In this document: positions 53,297-62,694 of the stretch, piece after piece
Layout: each line of letters begins with the position of its first letter
How positions within the stretch are numbered: position 1 is the stretch's first letter
IMG/VR virus record: IMGVR_UViG_3300035454_000688
Coordinates: 12,544-76,543 of that record
Source of the DNA: a virus
Taxonomy: Duplodnaviria; Caudoviricetes
Reading direction: 5' to 3' (one strand)
DNA: 64,000 nt
Program-made: the position numbers and the translations under genes
Notes under the pieces: generated by a model
The model's database searches: none
The model's input: only the letters and a program-made list of their open reading frames with translations
Told to the model about the DNA's origin: nothing

Positions 53297-54375
53297 AGAG
53301 AGAATCCCTTAAATGTGTTTTCATCAACATCTTTTTTCACTCCACCATTTATATAACTGGTGATTTCTGTTTCCTGCGGAGCCACCTGAACATCTGATCC
53401 AGAGATCCACTTCATTGTCCATGGAAGTGGGTTAGCACCTGGCTTACCATTGAGACCGATTGCTCCCATACGCTTTGCGGCAATGTGGTCTACGTAATCA
53501 CAAAGAAGTTGCTCATTGAGACCAATCATTGAGCCGTCCTGGAAAAGGTAATGTGCCCAAGCTTTTTCTTGATCGACCACTCGGTAAAACATATCGATAC
53601 ACTCATCCCGTGTTTCTTCCTGTATGCGAGCAAAGTCTTCATCCTCCTTCGGTAGAATTTTGAGGAGCTGTTGTGTTGAGGCAAGATGAACGTTCTCGTC
53701 CCGCGCGATGAGCTTGATGATCTTCGCGTTACCTTCCATTTTCTTAACTTCCGCAAAAGCCCAACTGCATGCAAACGAGACATAGAATCTTACTCCTTCA
53801 AGGGCATTGACTGCATTGAGACACAGCCACAGCGCCTTCTTGTGTTCATATTCATTATAGAACTCACCTGGATCGAATGCGAAGTTGTTCCACTTAATCA
53901 GATCATCATAATACTTAGAGATGTCCTCTGCACAGTCTAGGATCTCAGGAATGTCGAGCATCTCATCAAAAACCTTCGAGGGGTCACTATACACGTTTCG
54001 TATAATATGTGTATACGAACGGGAATGAATAGTCTCAAAGAATGCCCAAGTTTGGATCCAGGTTTCCAGTTCAGGCAACGAACATATAGGGAGGAAAGCC
54101 AAGGAGGGAGCTCTGCCCTGTACAGAGTCCAAAAGTATTTGCCTTTTGAGATTTGACGTAAATATATGCTGCTCATGCTCACTTAGACCTTTAAAGTCTT
54201 TTCCGTCACGAGATAGATCGATCTCTTCCGGACGCCAAAAGAAACCCAGTTGCTTATCTGTAAGTTTTTCGAATATAGGATAGCGCTGCTTATCATAGCG
54301 CGCGATGTTTACCGGCTCTCCGAAGAAGCAGGGCTGGCTTGTACTTTCGACCTTATTGCTGGCGAATACGCTCAT
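53293..54375 (-). CDS. nrdB: Ribonucleotide reductase class Ia beta subunit
   Basis: FFWRPEE, LDSVQGR, ETIHSRSY, EGVRFYVSF, IARDENVH, VAPQETE. Confidence 0.97.
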   Translation of the reverse strand: MSVFASNKVESTSQPCFFGEPVNIARYDKQRYPIFEKLTDKQLGFFWRPEEIDLSRDGKDFKGLSEHEQHIFTSNLKRQILLDSVQGRAPSLAFLPICSLPELETWIQTWAFFETIHSRSYTHIIRNVYSDPSKVFDEMLDIPEILDCAEDISKYYDDLIKWNNFAFDPGEFYNEYEHKKALWLCLNAVNALEGVRFYVSFACSWAFAEVKKMEGNAKIIKLIARDENVHLASTQQLLKILPKEDEDFARIQEETRDECIDMFYRVVDQEKAWAHYLFQDGSMIGLNEQLLCDYVDHIAAKRMGAIGLNGKPGANPLPWTMKWISGSDVQVAPQETEITSYINGGVKKDVDENTFKGFSL

Positions 54376-54393
54376 TAACTGTTACCTCTGTTT

Positions 54394-55032
54394 CTATTCC
54401 CATACTACCATCTTATATCGTTCTTTAGATATACCAAAGTAATTACACTTATACTCTGATTGTTGGAAAAAGTCAAGCGAATACCACTCGTCTTTCCTTT
54501 TTAGTATCTCTTTGGCAGCATCGTCCCAGTCTATCGATAATAGAATGGGTTCAACACTGTGCTTTGCTTCATTGATTTCGTCGTGATCGAAGCCGTCATA
54601 TTCCCAGTGCAACACCTCAAAGGTATTGCCGTCCGAATCGTAATAGTCCATGGAAAAATCAAGGCCCCATTTGGGTTTGATATTTAGCAGTTTGTGATAC
54701 GCTGGAAACGTTTTTGCCCAGGTTTCTAACTGTTCACGAGCGGGGCCTTTATACCCCTTACGCTCAAACAGAAGGGCATGATTCAGAACAGCCCCTTCGT
54801 TCTTGTAGGGCTGCTCGAACCATGTCTGTCGTATTGCTACTCTATGAGGCTTGTGGACTACAACCGAGTGGTCGTTCCGATCTGCATACATTCTTTCGAC
54901 AGGGGAAAGGTCGTAACCACCTTGGTCGAATAGATCAGACGTGACGTAGGGATACGGACCCTTCATGCGAAGAGGCGTGATCCAGTATGGATCGCTGTTA
55001 AACTTACTCTCTTTCAGAATAAGATCGATCAA
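54394..55032 (-). CDS. Conserved hypothetical protein between nrdA and nrdB
   Basis: 212 aa aromatic-rich ORF; PKWGLDFSMDY. Confidence 0.7.
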   Translation of the reverse strand: MIDLILKESKFNSDPYWITPLRMKGPYPYVTSDLFDQGGYDLSPVERMYADRNDHSVVVHKPHRVAIRQTWFEQPYKNEGAVLNHALLFERKGYKGPAREQLETWAKTFPAYHKLLNIKPKWGLDFSMDYYDSDGNTFEVLHWEYDGFDHDEINEAKHSVEPILLSIDWDDAAKEILKRKDEWYSLDFFQQSEYKCNYFGISKERYKMVVWE

Positions 55033-55211
55033 CTAGTCTCTTCCTCGACAAACTCGATTTGATGATAGGCCACCACACGACTGCTCTGCACACCCTCATG
55101 CTCGAGCACGAGTTCTGTAGCAGTGCTGCCTTCCCGTCTGTGTAGGGATATGAGACGATACTTCTTTCCAGCATCTTCCCAGTAGTCGGTGTTCAGTGTA
55201 ACATAATCCAT
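55029..55211 (-). CDS. Hypothetical protein
   Basis: 60 aa with AAGGA RBS. Confidence 0.55.
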   Translation of the reverse strand: MDYVTLNTDYWEDAGKKYRLISLHRREGSTATELVLEHEGVQSSRVVAYHQIEFVEEETS

Positions 55212-55223
55212 GATATATCCTTA

Positions 55224-55364
55224 TTAGCGACCCTGTCCACGATACGCCTTGAAGGTTCTCTTCTTGTGCTTATTCATCGAAGAGAACTTCGGGCGTCTCG
55301 TGTCCTGTGAAGTTCCTGTTACAATTTTGGTATGAAGTTGCTTTGCTGAAATCGATTTAGCCAT
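55224..55364 (-). CDS. Small basic conserved protein (46 aa, ends YRGQGR)
   Basis: Hand translation MAKSISAKQLHTKIVTGTSQDTRRPKFSSMNKHKKRTFKAYRGQGR*; GGAG RBS. Confidence 0.65.
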   Translation of the reverse strand: MAKSISAKQLHTKIVTGTSQDTRRPKFSSMNKHKKRTFKAYRGQGR

Positions 55365-55376
55365 CGAATACTCCTG

Positions 55377-57647
55377 TTAAATTTTACAAGAGTCACAATC
55401 CTCATCATCTAGTTGCCCTTGTGCTAGTGGGTTGAGTTCTTCAATTTCACCAGCACCATCAAAGGTGTTGAAGTAGTACAGAGTCTTACCACCGTACTTG
55501 TAATGCATAAGAATGTGTTTAATCATCTCTGACATCGGGATCTTCTCATCCTCATAGTGACGAGGATTGTAAGAAGTGTTTACCGAGATCGCTTGATCAA
55601 TAAACTTCTGTAGTACTGCCATGATCTTCAGATAACCTTCCGGTGTCTTCTGATCCCATAGTAGTTCGTATTTATTCTTTAGCTTCTGTATGCCAGGAAC
55701 AACTTGCTTGAGCACGCCATCCTTTGACTGCTTGATCGATACAAGAGCACGAGGAGGCTCAATGCCATTGGTCGAGTTACTGATCTGAGCAGAAGTCTCG
55801 GCAGGCATAAGAGCCATCAGAGTAGAGTTGCGAATGCCTTTCTCGGCTGCTCGTTCACGAAGATCATTCCAATCCATTCTGTATTCAGGATTTACGAGCT
55901 CGTCAACTTCTTTCTTGTATGTGTCGATGGGCATTAGACCTTCGCTATACTTAGTCTCATACCATTTACCACACTGCCCTACTTCTTCTGCAAGGTCGAC
56001 AGATGCCTTGATTAGGTAGTACGACCAAGCTTCGGCGTACTCATGAACCAGATCAAGGTTAGGATTGGAATAATTGCTATCATTCTTAGCCAACCAATAG
56101 GCGAAGTTAATAATGCCAACTCCAAGAGGACGGCGAGCCATAGTGCCCAGTTGGGCAGCTCGAACCGGGTAACTTTGGTAATCGAGGAGCGCGTCGAGTG
56201 CTCTAACGGCGAGCGTACACGGCTTCTCAAAGTCACTTGGCTTCTTGATCTTGCCCCAGTTGATGGCTGCAAGTGTACAGAGTGAAATCTCTCCATCTTC
56301 ATCGTGAATATCCTTTAATGGTGTTGTTGGTAGTGTAATCTCACAGCAGAGGTTACTCATCTTGATTGGTGCTGCTGCTGTGAAGGATCCATGCTCGTTG
56401 GCATGGTCAACGTTCATCAGATAGATTCTTCCAGTATCTTTTCGTTCTTGGACAAAGGTTGAGAAGAGATCAATCGCAGGGATGGTCTTTTTTCTGATTT
56501 TGGTGGAGCGCTCGTACTTTTCGTAGAGCGTACGGAACTCATCAACGTCTGAAAAGAACGCTCGGTACAGATCCGGGCAATCATGAGGCGAGAAGAGGGT
56601 GATATTACCTCCAGAAAGAAGTCTTTCATACATTACCTTATTAAACTGGACTCCGTAGTCCAAATGACGAATACGATTGTCCTCAGTGCCCTTGTTGTTC
56701 TTGAGGACTAGAAGGTCCTCGACTTCGAGGTGCCAGATAGGGTAATAGAGCGTAGCCGCTCCTCCACGGACGCCCCCTTGGGAGCACGATTTGACAGCAG
56801 TTTGAAAATGCTTATAAAAAGGAACAACTCCAGTATGAGAAGCATCCCCATTACGAATGGGACTGCCAATAGCCCTAATAGAACCACCACCAATACCGAT
56901 TCCAGCTTTCTGACTAACGTACTTGACAATAGCGGAAGCAGTAGCGTTGATTGAATCCAGAGAGTCATCGGTCTCAATAAGGACACACGAGCTAAACTGA
57001 CGTTGAGGAGACCGTACACCAGCCATAATAGGGGTGGGAAGAGAAATATCAAAAGTAGATAGAGCATCATAAAGTTCCTTGACCCACTTTAGTCGGTCTG
57101 TCTTATAGTTTTGGAAAAGAGTCATGGCAATCAGCATGAAAGCCATCTGCGGCGTTTCGTAGAACTTATTGGTCACACGATTGCGGATCAGATACTTACC
57201 ACGGAACTGCTCCATGGCTGCATAGGTCAGTAGGTCATCGCGGGTATGATCAATGTACTTGTTGAGATCTTGCCATTCTTCTGGAGAATATGCATCATAG
57301 ATGCCCCAGTCATAGTAACCAGCTGTCGCTACCTCAAAGTAGTGAGTGAGTAAAGCAGTGGGCTCATACTGACTATAAACTTCCTTGCGAAGGTGATAGT
57401 TGATTAGTCGACCAGCCACATATTGGTAGTTAGGAGCTTCTTCTGAGATAAGATCAGCTGCAGCCTTGATAAGCGTTTCTTGAATGTCAGTAGACTTGAT
57501 TCCATTATAAAACTGAATATGGGTCTTCATCTCGAGTAGCGAAGATGAGACGCCCGATAGTCCTTCACAGGCAAAGTTGGTAACGCGATGGAACTTATCG
57601 AGGTTCAGTTCCTCTTTTTGTCCATTGCGTTTTGTTACTTGAATCAT
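55377..57647 (-). CDS. nrdA: Ribonucleotide reductase class Ia alpha subunit
   Basis: ATP cone VTKRNG, PTPIMAG, QFSSC, SNLCCEI, MPAETS, C-terminal CDSCKI. Confidence 0.97.
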   Translation of the reverse strand: MIQVTKRNGQKEELNLDKFHRVTNFACEGLSGVSSSLLEMKTHIQFYNGIKSTDIQETLIKAAADLISEEAPNYQYVAGRLINYHLRKEVYSQYEPTALLTHYFEVATAGYYDWGIYDAYSPEEWQDLNKYIDHTRDDLLTYAAMEQFRGKYLIRNRVTNKFYETPQMAFMLIAMTLFQNYKTDRLKWVKELYDALSTFDISLPTPIMAGVRSPQRQFSSCVLIETDDSLDSINATASAIVKYVSQKAGIGIGGGSIRAIGSPIRNGDASHTGVVPFYKHFQTAVKSCSQGGVRGGAATLYYPIWHLEVEDLLVLKNNKGTEDNRIRHLDYGVQFNKVMYERLLSGGNITLFSPHDCPDLYRAFFSDVDEFRTLYEKYERSTKIRKKTIPAIDLFSTFVQERKDTGRIYLMNVDHANEHGSFTAAAPIKMSNLCCEITLPTTPLKDIHDEDGEISLCTLAAINWGKIKKPSDFEKPCTLAVRALDALLDYQSYPVRAAQLGTMARRPLGVGIINFAYWLAKNDSNYSNPNLDLVHEYAEAWSYYLIKASVDLAEEVGQCGKWYETKYSEGLMPIDTYKKEVDELVNPEYRMDWNDLRERAAEKGIRNSTLMALMPAETSAQISNSTNGIEPPRALVSIKQSKDGVLKQVVPGIQKLKNKYELLWDQKTPEGYLKIMAVLQKFIDQAISVNTSYNPRHYEDEKIPMSEMIKHILMHYKYGGKTLYYFNTFDGAGEIEELNPLAQGQLDDEDCDSCKI

Positions 57648-57684
57648 TTTTATCTTTCCTAACTGTAGCTTTATATATCTGTGC

Positions 57685-58386
57685 TCAAGGGAGCTTTCTT
57701 TCAAACTCTGCCTGAGCCGCCATATCATCTAGAGCTTTCTTAACATCGGGGAAGTGGTGGCTGATAATATCCCAGCACTGTTCAGCGATGATGCGATGTT
57801 CTTTCTGAGTGGCCTTATCCATACGAAGTTCGCAATAGTGAACCCATGAACGAAGTGTGCCAGTAACAATCATTACAGACTCGGTATTGCCTTCCGGAAG
57901 CACTGCACGAGCCTGTTCCTTGGCAATACCGTTTTCGATCGCCCAGTCATAAGCATACCGAGCTTCACCTATTACTCTGGCTTGTCTAATGTTCCAATGT
58001 TCTTGCAGTAATTTATTATCGCCAACTTCGATTGAGTTCTGCCGATTGGTTTTATCTTGAAGTCGGGCTTCTCGCTTAACAAAGCCAAGATCCTTCGTTG
58101 GATCGGCGTAACGCTGAGAGTATTCTTGGAATGAGAAAGAACGATGTCGCAGAATTTGACGAGCGATATCTCGGGTTGTTTTGATTTCCATTGAGACATG
58201 GATCATCTCCAAAGGTGACCAGTGCTTGTTCTTGATAAGATACTGAACCAGCTTGGGCGCTGTTGCTGTGTTGTTTTGGTTAGAAGGATTAGATACCCTC
58301 GCTGCCCACGCTACGAGTTCGTTGGCAGTCGTGCATCCTGTATACGCACTTGGCTTTGTAAGCCCTACTAGATTTACTTCACTCAT
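57685..58386 (-). CDS. thyX: FAD-dependent thymidylate synthase
   Basis: HWSPLE, RHRSFSFQEYSQRY, AKEQARAVLP, QKEHR. Confidence 0.95.
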   Translation of the reverse strand: MSEVNLVGLTKPSAYTGCTTANELVAWAARVSNPSNQNNTATAPKLVQYLIKNKHWSPLEMIHVSMEIKTTRDIARQILRHRSFSFQEYSQRYADPTKDLGFVKREARLQDKTNRQNSIEVGDNKLLQEHWNIRQARVIGEARYAYDWAIENGIAKEQARAVLPEGNTESVMIVTGTLRSWVHYCELRMDKATQKEHRIIAEQCWDIISHHFPDVKKALDDMAAQAEFERKLP

Positions 58387-58571
58387 TTTTCAAAAGTTTC
58401 TTTCATTGTCACGCGTGTAGATTCTACAGCTTTCAAGTTAATACCAGCCTGGTATATCTTGTCGACGTCTCTGTCAAGAAGGCCTTGGGCCACATCTTCC
58501 CAGTAGATCCTAGCAATTGCATCTACTGCTTCATCTACAGTAAGGTCTAACTTATCACTCATGAGATCCAA
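58383..58571 (-). CDS. Hypothetical protein
   Basis: 62 aa, overlaps neighbours in the operon. Confidence 0.5.
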   Translation of the reverse strand: MDLMSDKLDLTVDEAVDAIARIYWEDVAQGLLDRDVDKIYQAGINLKAVESTRVTMKETFEK

Positions 58572-58747
58572 TACTCCTTACCCATACCCTGCATCTCGCG
58601 ATGCTTCAACAACTCTCTCATGATATCGTCATAGTTATATGACATTGCAACTGTATAGCAGTTGCCTCCAATGTTCACATCGTGATAGTATTTCAGTACG
58701 AACTGTCCTTGATGATCTAATACGATTGCATAACCACGTGAATCCAT
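58559..58747 (-). CDS. Hypothetical protein
   Basis: 62 aa in the operon. Confidence 0.5.
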   Translation of the reverse strand: MDSRGYAIVLDHQGQFVLKYYHDVNIGGNCYTVAMSYNYDDIMRELLKHREMQGMGKEYWIS

Positions 58748-58748
58748 A

Positions 58749-58895
58749 TTAACTTGTCCTCATATCATTATCTCGCCAAAGCACTTGTTCAATATATTCG
58801 ATCTCTGCATCCCAGTTATCGAACGACCATTCCGGCATTCTCTCTTTAAGCAACCTGAGAAAATCCATAGCTTCTTCGTGCGTCACGTCTTTCAT
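58749..58895 (-). CDS. Hypothetical protein (48 aa)
   Basis: Hand translation MKDVTHEEAMDFLRLL...MRTS*; fills the gap exactly. Confidence 0.5.
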   Translation of the reverse strand: MKDVTHEEAMDFLRLLKERMPEWSFDNWDAEIEYIEQVLWRDNDMRTS

Positions 58896-58896
58896 A

Positions 58897-59100
58897 TCAA
58901 CCCTTCATTACATATTCAAGTGCTTCGAGTTTGTCTTGATACTCGGCGATATACCCAAGCTCGAGCTCAACTGCAGTCATGAAATCAGTATGCTCATGAA
59001 TCGCCATTGGATTGTTCATCATAATTCGAACATTCATTGCATGCTTCTCAACAGAAGATTGCAGGTGTCGACGTAGTGTATTGTAGATTTCAGTTTTCAT
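58897..59100 (-). CDS. Conserved hypothetical protein
   Basis: NP..IHEH.D...E.EL..IAEY.DKLE pattern common in T4-like phages. Confidence 0.65.
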   Translation of the reverse strand: MKTEIYNTLRRHLQSSVEKHAMNVRIMMNNPMAIHEHTDFMTAVELELGYIAEYQDKLEALEYVMKG

Positions 59101-59366
59101 TGTTCTACCTCAAATGTTTTTACTTTCTGGAATCGTGGAACGTTCACGTATCCGTTTGCCTTTAAATCATTGACACGGGCCAGAGCATCGTAGTACTCAA
59201 CGTACTGGCCATCATTGTACCACCAGAAGTGGTCCCATGGCGCCCATAAACGGGGCACACGTTGATACTCGACAAGCCACTGCTTGCCGACTCTAAAGAT
59301 TCTAAGTTTCTTGATAGAGATCTTTTCGTACTCGATCCCAAACTCGTTGTCTACTAACTCAGTCAT
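59097..59366 (-). CDS. Hypothetical protein
   Basis: 89 aa, ATGA overlap. Confidence 0.6.
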   Translation of the reverse strand: MTELVDNEFGIEYEKISIKKLRIFRVGKQWLVEYQRVPRLWAPWDHFWWYNDGQYVEYYDALARVNDLKANGYVNVPRFQKVKTFEVEQ

Positions 59367-59556
59367 TCTTCAATGCCTCCTCAGCAATGTTAGCACATGT
59401 GTAACCATGGCCATGACCATGTGAGTGTCCGAACTTTTCAATACGTTCCAGGGCTTCTTTATATCTCCGAAGAGTTTGTTCGGTTTTAGAACGCTCGAGA
59501 GCTTGCCCATATCTTACAGCGTGTGCGGTATCTTCGTCAATCATATCTTCTTCCAT
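59359..59556 (-). CDS. Hypothetical protein
   Basis: 65 aa with an HSHGHGHG tract. Confidence 0.5.
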   Translation of the reverse strand: MEEDMIDEDTAHAVRYGQALERSKTEQTLRRYKEALERIEKFGHSHGHGHGYTCANIAEEALKND

Positions 59557-60569
59557 TGCGACAATCTTAGTGTTGCTGCCAGCCCTGTGAACGTGTTATC
59601 GTTGATCATGTTACGAATAGTCCGGGGCGTATAGCCAACTAGTACCATATCATTTATATCTTTTTCAACTACGCTATCTGGCCAGATGCAGACAGGATAC
59701 TCATGTTCGATCGCTTTCTCGATCTTCTTTACAGTATCTTTGCTTCTAGGTTCATTATCGTATACAACCACTATATCCTCTTTCGACATATTAAGCAACG
59801 CTAATTCTGAAACAATATCACCTCCACAGGAAGCAATTCCGTTCTCTAGAAAGAGACTATCGATAGGTCCTTCGACACAATATGCAGTGGCGTTCTTGTT
59901 TAGAGTGTCCAGTCCATACCAGCGACCCATCTCTTCCTTGAGCATGATCGTGATGTACTTGACAGAGTCCTTCTTGAACGCTCGGCCCTGTACACCGAAC
60001 ATCACACCATCCTCATCAAACAAAGGTATAAGTAGTCTGGGTTCATCGTTCTCTAGTGACTCAAACTTATCTGGATAGAAAGAGTTGACCCACTTCTTAA
60101 ACTTCATACACAGGTATAGCTTGTAGTGAGTCTTGGCAGGGATCCTACGCTTGGCTACCCACTTACGTACAGGATGTTCTACGGGGAGTTGAGATACCTT
60201 CTTTAGTCCTTTGAGAGGATTGGTATCGAATACAGGCTTGGTCTGCTTGAAGTTGTCTAGTGTAGTAGACTTGGTATTGTTGTTTGCATCACGAAACTTC
60301 TCCATCACATACATCTTGTGTACTTCTGGTTCGAACTCTTTTAGAAAGTTATCGAATGAGTTTGTATATCCACAGTTAAAGCACTTGCAGACAAGGAAGC
60401 CTTTATCGGAATGCTGGAACGCATGCCACCGAGCTTTACTACGGTTTCTCTTTGAGTCCCCGCATGTGGGACAGCGTGCGTTAAAGTGATGAGCAGAAGT
60501 TTGCTTGAACTTATCAAGTCGACTGGAGATCTGCCGTAAAAACGTCTCGTCTAGATACAGTGAATTCAC
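59541..60569 (-). CDS. gp61: DNA primase gp61
   Basis: RCPTCGDS...CFNCG zinc finger, QGRAF, VEGPIDSLF, YDNEPR, KDINDM (TOPRIM). Confidence 0.93.
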   Translation of the reverse strand: MNSLYLDETFLRQISSRLDKFKQTSAHHFNARCPTCGDSKRNRSKARWHAFQHSDKGFLVCKCFNCGYTNSFDNFLKEFEPEVHKMYVMEKFRDANNNTKSTTLDNFKQTKPVFDTNPLKGLKKVSQLPVEHPVRKWVAKRRIPAKTHYKLYLCMKFKKWVNSFYPDKFESLENDEPRLLIPLFDEDGVMFGVQGRAFKKDSVKYITIMLKEEMGRWYGLDTLNKNATAYCVEGPIDSLFLENGIASCGGDIVSELALLNMSKEDIVVVYDNEPRSKDTVKKIEKAIEHEYPVCIWPDSVVEKDINDMVLVGYTPRTIRNMINDNTFTGLAATLRLSQWKKI

Positions 60570-60604
60570 AATACATCCTATAGTTCTTCATTGGGACATA
60601 TGTC

Positions 60605-60632
60605 AGTATACTAGAAATTGAGAAAAGGTCAA
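60605..60632 (-). promoter_or_regulatory. Sigma70-type promoter upstream of primase
   Basis: TTGACC, 16 nt, TATACT. Confidence 0.5.
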
Positions 60633-61105
60633 CCGAAAATCTGCGCTAAATTCACTTGGCTAATAAGAACACCAACGATGATGGATCCACCAATGATCAA
60701 CCAGTGCCACTTTTCCATTGCCGTAATACGATCGCTGAGTGCAGTGTGTTGAGTAGCTGATTCAGCTCTCATCTCTTTGATCTCTGTCATGATGTCATCA
60801 TACTGGTTTTCGATCTTAACACCGAGCTCTTTCTCGCCCGATGAAATGCGCGCGTGAAGCTGCTGCACTTTCTCCTCGACTTCCACTCTGCGTTTCTCCA
60901 CTAGATCTGATGTTTGTTTCATAATAAGTTCTTGGGCAGTCAGCTTCGATTCGTGGACAGCTATTAGCTGTGACAACGAGGTCGACACTTCGGCTAGCTT
61001 GTCGATAGTGGTGTCAAGGCGGTCGACAAGAGTGCCGACTTTAGCCATGTCCGTCTGCAGGTACGAGACATCTGCAGCGAGCTTCGTGATGTTAGGCTGG
61101 GCCAT
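60629..61105 (-). CDS. Coiled-coil protein with C-terminal membrane anchor
   Basis: Heptads, then MEKWHWLIIGGSIIVGVLI. Confidence 0.7.
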   Translation of the reverse strand: MAQPNITKLAADVSYLQTDMAKVGTLVDRLDTTIDKLAEVSTSLSQLIAVHESKLTAQELIMKQTSDLVEKRRVEVEEKVQQLHARISSGEKELGVKIENQYDDIMTEIKEMRAESATQHTALSDRITAMEKWHWLIIGGSIIVGVLISQVNLAQIFG

Positions 61106-61359
61106 TACGCGTAAGGATCCTCTTCCTTCTTCTTCACCTTAGGTGCAAACTTCTCGATACCAGTGATACCGAGACCTGCAATAACAACGAGCATAACAGC
61201 GTCGAGGATGTTGTCAGCTATCGCATAACCCCAGAACAGGTTGGCTACAAACGCTACGCCGATTAGAATCGCGAATACGATAGAGATGATTCTCTTCGAC
61301 GAGGGTGTGCCGCTACCGTCTGCAAGGATACCCTTGATGTAATCTAAAACTGCTTTCAT
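61105..61359 (-). CDS. Holin-like two-TM membrane protein
   Basis: PSSKR motif, two hydrophobic helices, basic C-terminus; near the spanins. Confidence 0.55.
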   Translation of the reverse strand: MKAVLDYIKGILADGSGTPSSKRIISIVFAILIGVAFVANLFWGYAIADNILDAVMLVVIAGLGITGIEKFAPKVKKKEEDPYA

Positions 61360-61400
61360 TATCCGTCTCCTTTAAGATTGCATAATGAAAGAGATATCAG

Positions 61401-61616
61401 TTACTTCTTTTTGGTAGCCTTCTTGACCTTCTTGACAGCTGCGTCAACCTGGGCAATTGCAACTTCGGCCTTTTCTGCTACTTCGTTGATCTTTGCGTTT
61501 GCTTGCTTGTACTTTATATCTGCAACAGCTTTTGCAAATTCAAAATCTTCTGCATTGATCTTACCGTCCTTATTGAAGTCAGCAAAGCCCAACCATTTCT
61601 TAATCTTATCCCACAT
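61401..61616 (-). CDS. Small protein with an EF-hand-like loop
   Basis: DFNKDGKINAED fits Dx(N/D)xDG. Confidence 0.6.
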   Translation of the reverse strand: MWDKIKKWLGFADFNKDGKINAEDFEFAKAVADIKYKQANAKINEVAEKAEVAIAQVDAAVKKVKKATKKK

Positions 61617-61881
61617 TTTTCTTTTCCTTTTTCATCTTTCCGCCGCGCGCTAGCGCATTCTGTGCAAGTCTTCTAGCAGCCTGTAGTGCAGCAGGAGAGT
61701 TGCCTTCTGTAGCACTAATAGTAGCCAAAGCCGCAATTAACATCAACAGGGATCTATCATCCTTCATATTAGGATTGTTGATGAACCTGTAGAAATTCTG
61801 TACAATGAAACTGATCAGCTGGTCGCGACCGTCCGGTGCTTCATCTTCTTCCTTGAGGAAGTCTTCTAGTTTCTTTGCCAT
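61606..61881 (-). CDS. Hypothetical protein
   Basis: 91 aa, TAATG coupling to the spanin gene. Confidence 0.55.
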   Translation of the reverse strand: MAKKLEDFLKEEDEAPDGRDQLISFIVQNFYRFINNPNMKDDRSLLMLIAALATISATEGNSPAALQAARRLAQNALARGGKMKKEKKNVG

Positions 61882-62393
61882 TACTTTTTCTTCTCTTTTG
61901 CCATCTCGTCGACTGCGGCCTTATTCTGAATGATCCATTGCTGGAGCTGTCTTAGCTGCTCGGCGTTGGCTTGGCAGTTGGCGTAGTTTCCGATGATGGT
62001 GAGGAGGGCTGTATTGTCTTTAATTCCTGAGGGGCTCTCATCAGAAGCTCTGGTGGGGTCGGCATCACCGGCACTGGCACTAAGGTCGTGCGTGTACACC
62101 CAGCCGTTAGACATATCGTACTGAGGAGCAACATTGTTTTTAGCGGCATCAAGATAGACATATTCTTTTTCCCTAATCGTATTTGTTCTGTCAACATACT
62201 CTGTGACTACTTTATTACTTATCTCTGTATTCTTCTTTTCGAGATCAGCAACCAGTTGAGTCTTCTCAGCGGCGAACCTTTGCAGCTCAGCCTCAGCGTA
62301 TGCAGATCCCTTCATGTAGCCATAGAAGAACACCCCTGCTAGGAGTGCACCTGCTGCAAGCAGTTTATATGGTAGTGGGATCATACCTAACAT
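61881..62393 (-). CDS. Inner-membrane spanin (Rz-like)
   Basis: N-terminal TM LLAAGALLAGVFFYGY, coiled coil, C-terminal CQANAEQLRQLQQW. Confidence 0.75.
   Translation of the reverse strand: MLGMIPLPYKLLAAGALLAGVFFYGYMKGSAYAEAELQRFAAEKTQLVADLEKKNTEISNKVVTEYVDRTNTIREKEYVYLDAAKNNVAPQYDMSNGWVYTHDLSASAGDADPTRASDESPSGIKDNTALLTIIGNYANCQANAEQLRQLQQWIIQNKAAVDEMAKEKKK
61952..62161 (-). CDS. Outer-membrane spanin lipoprotein (Rz1-like), embedded in the Rz-like gene
   Basis: Lipobox LTAGC followed by Pro-rich VPVPVMPTPPELLMRAP; alternate frame, fully inside the host gene. Confidence 0.75.
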   Translation of the reverse strand: MSILMPLKTMLLLSTICLTAGCTRTTLVPVPVMPTPPELLMRAPQELKTIQPSSPSSETTPTAKPTPSS

Positions 62394-62394
62394 G

Positions 62395-62694
62395 TTACAT
62401 ATCCTTGAAGCGCTTGAGGACCTTTGTCTTCTTCTTCTGGCCAAGCAATGGATCCACATTTGCAACACCAGCAGTTACGTTAGCAGGAGCTTCTTCAGTC
62501 ATCTCTGTTGACATATAGTCTGTAGCGGTCTGCATATAGTCATAAGCAAGAGTGATCTTCGACTGAACCCACTCTGGAAGATCTGTACTAGGCTCGAGCA
62601 TATCATGGAGCTGCTTAGCATGCTGCATAATACCTTTCAGCTGAGACATTGCCATCTCACCTTCAAAGCCGTATTCTCTAGGATCTTTAGCCAT
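62395..62694 (-). CDS. Conserved hypothetical protein
   Basis: LPEWVQSKITLA.DY and EEAPAN..G motifs. Confidence 0.65.
   Translation of the reverse strand: MAKDPREYGFEGEMAMSQLKGIMQHAKQLHDMLEPSTDLPEWVQSKITLAYDYMQTATDYMSTEMTEEAPANVTAGVANVDPLLGQKKKTKVLKRFKDM

Noticed and set aside
53293-58386. Introns or inteins in nrdA, nrdB or thyX
   Set aside because: All three are continuous and of normal length, with no intein motifs seen.
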